Source: Macrostomum lignano (taxonomy: Eukaryota). Taken from it: DNA of 64,000 nt. The DNA is taken from positions 1-64,000 of the forward strand of contig NIVC01002068.1 in the NCBI GenBank assembly GCA_002269645.1. The letters run 5' to 3'. Both the position numbers and the translations under genes were made by a program. Shown here one piece after another: positions 60,601-64,000 of this stretch (within the stretch, counting starts at the first letter, position 1; each line of letters starts with the position of its first letter). The notes below the pieces were generated by a model. The model saw nothing but the letters and a program-made list of their open reading frames with translations, did not search any database and was not told the DNA's origin.

Positions 60601-63600
60601 TCTGCATTCCTATGGGTGCTCAGTTACCTCTGCATTTCTATGGGTGCTCAGTTACCTCTGCATTCCTTTGGGTGCTCAGTTACCTCTGCATTCCTATGGG
60701 TGCTCAGTTACCTCTGCATTCCTATGGGTGCTCAGATATCTTTTCATTCCAATGGGTGCTCAGATATATCTGCATTCCTATGGGTGCTCAGTTACCTCTG
60801 CATTCTATGGGTGCTCAGTTACCTCTGCATTCCTTTGGATGCTCAGATACCTCTGCATTCCTATGGGTGCTCAGATACCTCTGCATTCCTATGGGTGCTC
60901 AGTTACCTCTGCATTCCTTTGGATGCTCAGATACCTCTGCATTCCTATGGGTGCTCAGATACCTCTGCATTCCTATGGGTGCTCAGATACCTCTGCATTC
61001 CTATGGGTGCTCAGATACCTCTGCATTCCTATGGGTGCTCAGTTACCTCTGCATTCCTATGGGTGCTCAGATACCTCTGCATTCCTATGGGTGCTCAGAA
61101 ATCTCTGCATTCCTATGGGTGCTCAGTTACCTCTGCATTCCTATGGGTGCTCAGTTACCTCTGCATTCCTATGGGTGCTCAGATATCTTTTCATTCCAAT
61201 GGGTGCTCAGATACCTCTGCATTCCTATGGGTGCTCAGTTACCTCTGCATTCCTATGGGTGCTCAGTTACCTCTGCATTCCTATGGGTGCTCAGTTACCT
61301 CTGCATTCCTATGGGTGCTCAGAAATCTCTGCATTCCTATGGGTGCTCAGTTACCTCTGCATTTCTATGGGTGCTCAGTTACCTCTGCATTCCTATGGGT
61401 GCTCAGAAATCTCTGCATTCCTATGGGTACTCAGTTACCTCTGCATTCCTATGGGTGCTCAGTTACCTCTGCATTCCTATGGGTGCTCAGTTACCTCTGC
61501 ATTCCTATGGGTGCTCAGATATCTTTTCATTCCAATGGGTGCTCAGATACCTCTGCATTCCTATGGGTGCTCAGTTACCTCTGCATTTCTATGGGTGCTC
61601 AGTTACCTCTGCATTCCTTTGGGTGCTCAGTTACCTCTGCATTCCTATGGGTGCTCAGTTACCTCTGCATTCCTATGGGTGCTCAGATATCTTTTCATTC
61701 CAATGGGTGCTCAGATATATCTGCATTCCTATGGGTGCTCAGTTACCTCTGCATTTCTATGGGTGCTCAGTTACCTCTGCATTCCTTTGGATGCTCAGAT
61801 ACCTCTGCATTCCTATGGGTGCTCAGATACCTCTGCATTCCTATGGGTGCTCAGTTACCTCTGCATTCCTTTGGATGCTCAGATACCTCTGCATTCCTAT
61901 GGGTGCTCAGATACCTCTGCATTCCTATGGGTGCTCAGAAATCTTTTCATTCTAATGGGTGCTCAGATACCTCTGCATTTCTATGGGTGCTCAGTTACCT
62001 CTGCATTCCTTTGGATGCTCAGTTACCTCTGCATTCCTATGGGTGCTCAGATACCTCTGCATTCCTTTGGATGCTCAGATACCTCTGCATTCCTATGGGT
62101 GCTCAGTTACCTCTGCATTCCTATGGGTGCTCAGTTACCTCTGCATTCCTATGGGTGCTCAGATACCTCTGCATTCCTATGGGTGCTCAGTTACCTCTGC
62201 ATTTCTATGGGTGCTCAGTTACCTCTGCATTCCTTTGGATGCTCAGATACCTCTGCATTCCTATGGGTGCTCAGATACCTCTGCATTCCTATGGGTGCTC
62301 AGATACCTCTGCATTCCTATGGGTGCTCAGAAATCTTTTCATTCCAATGGGTGCTCAGATACCTCTGCATTCCTATGGGTGCTCAGAAATCTTTTCATTC
62401 CAATGGGTGCTCAGATACCTCTGCATTCCTATGGGTGCTCAGTTACCTCTGCATTTCTATGGGTGCTCAGTTACCTCTGCATTCCTATGGGTGCTCAGAA
62501 ATCTTTTCATTCCAATGGGTGCTCAGATACCTCTGCATTCCTATGGGTGCTCAGTTACCTCTGCATTCCTTTGGATGCTCAGATACCTCTGCATTCCTAT
62601 GGGTGCTCAGATACCTCTGCATTCCTATGGGTGCTCAGATACCTCTGCATTCCTATGGGTGCTCAGAAATCTTTTCATTCCAATGGGTGCTCAGATACCT
62701 CTGCATTCCTATGGGTGCTCAGAAATCTTTTCATTCCAATGGGTGCTCAGATACCTCTGCATTCCTATGGGTGCTCAGTTACCTCTGCATTTCTATGGGT
62801 GCTCAGTTACCTCTGCATTCCTTTGGATGCTCAGATACCTCTGCATTCCTATGGGTGCTCAGATACCTCTGCATTCCTATGGGTGCTCAGTTACCTCTGC
62901 ATTCCTATGGGTGCTCAGAAATCTTTTCATTCCAATGGGTGCTCAGATACCTCTGCATTCCTATGGGTGCTCAGAAATCTTTTCATTCCAATGGGTGCTC
63001 AGATATCTTTTCATTCCAATGGGTGCTCAGATATCTTTTCATTCCAATGGGTGCTCAGAAATCTTTTCATTCCTATGGGTGCTCAGAAATCTTTTCATTC
63101 CAATGGGTGCTCAGATACCTCTGCATTCCTATGGGTGCTCAGTTACCTCTGCATTCCTTTGGATGCTCAGATACCTCTGCATTCCTATGGGTGCTCAGTT
63201 ACCTCTGCATTCCTATGGGTGCTCAGTTACCTCTGCATTCCTATGGGTGCTCAGATACCTCTGCATTCCTATGGGTGCTCAGTTACCTCTGCATTTCTAT
63301 GGGTGCTCAGTTACCTCTGCATTCCTTTGGATGCTCAGATACCTCTGCATTCCTATGGGTGCTCAGATACCTCTGCATTCCTATGGGTGCTCAGTTACCT
63401 CTGCATTCCTATGGGTGCTCAGATACCTCTGCATTCCTATGGGTGCTCAGATACCTCTGCATTCCTATGGGTGCTCAGATACCTCTGCATTCCTATGGGT
63501 GCTCAGATACCTCTGCATTCCTATGGGTGCTCAGATACCTCTGCATTCCTATGGGTGCTCAGATACCTCTGCATTCCTATGGGTGCTCAGTTACCTCTGC

Positions 63601-64000
63601 ATTCCTATGGGTGCTCAGATACCTCTGCATTCCTATGGGTGCTCAGAAATCTCTGCATTCCTATGGGTGCTCAGTTACCTCTGCATTCCTATGGGTGCTC
63701 AGTTACCTCTGCATTCCTATGGGTGCTCAGATATCTTTTCATTCCAATGGGTGCTCAGATACCTCTGCATTCCTATGGGTGCTCAGTTACCTCTGCATTC
63801 CTATGGGTGCTCAGTTACCTCTGCATTCCTATGGGTGCTCAGTTACCTCTGCATTCCTATGGGTGCTCAGAAATCTCTGCATTCCTATGGGTGCTCAGTT
63901 ACCTCTGCATTTCTATGGGTGCTCAGTTACCTCTGCATTCCTATGGGTGCTCAGAAATCTCTGCATTCCTATGGGTACTCAGTTACCTCTGCATTCCTAT
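54641..64000. repeat. 28-bp satellite, over 9.3 kb, running off the window
   Basis: Unit ctcag(a/t)tacctctgcattcctatgggtg with recurrent variants; marker spacings are multiples of 28. Confidence 0.98.

Noticed and set aside
54652-61955. 852-aa and 2387-aa ORFs
   Set aside because: The 28-bp unit lacks stop triplets on the plus strand, so all frames stay open; these are satellite artefacts.

Overview
Eukaryotic (animal) genomic DNA. GC-rich exons with poly-Ala/poly-Gln runs and introns filled with private minisatellites resemble a flatworm such as Macrostomum; the taxon is an inference. Genes: ARID2 (+, 7 exons, 3129-9627); PICK1 (+, 12935-23996), with a tandemly duplicated 90-nt exon, a candidate alternative N-terminal exon and an antisense F-type lectin gene nested in an intron; an aminergic GPCR (-); an intronless 95-aa secreted six-cysteine protein (-); and an unidentified multi-exon gene (-, about 50.7-54.6 kb). 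Mobile elements: a Tc1 remnant, several MITEs (hAT, Harbinger-like, unclassified), a tRNA/CORE-like SINE, a Foldback/MULE element whose inverted repeats are minisatellite arrays (9-bp TSD), and a young Ty3/gypsy LTR element with an internal inversion. The last 9.4 kb is a 28-bp satellite with higher-order structure. The most unusual signal is that some arrays are amplified copies of an adjacent splice junction. Most long ORFs in the supplied track are repeat artefacts. All coordinates and counts were read by eye; no searches were run.
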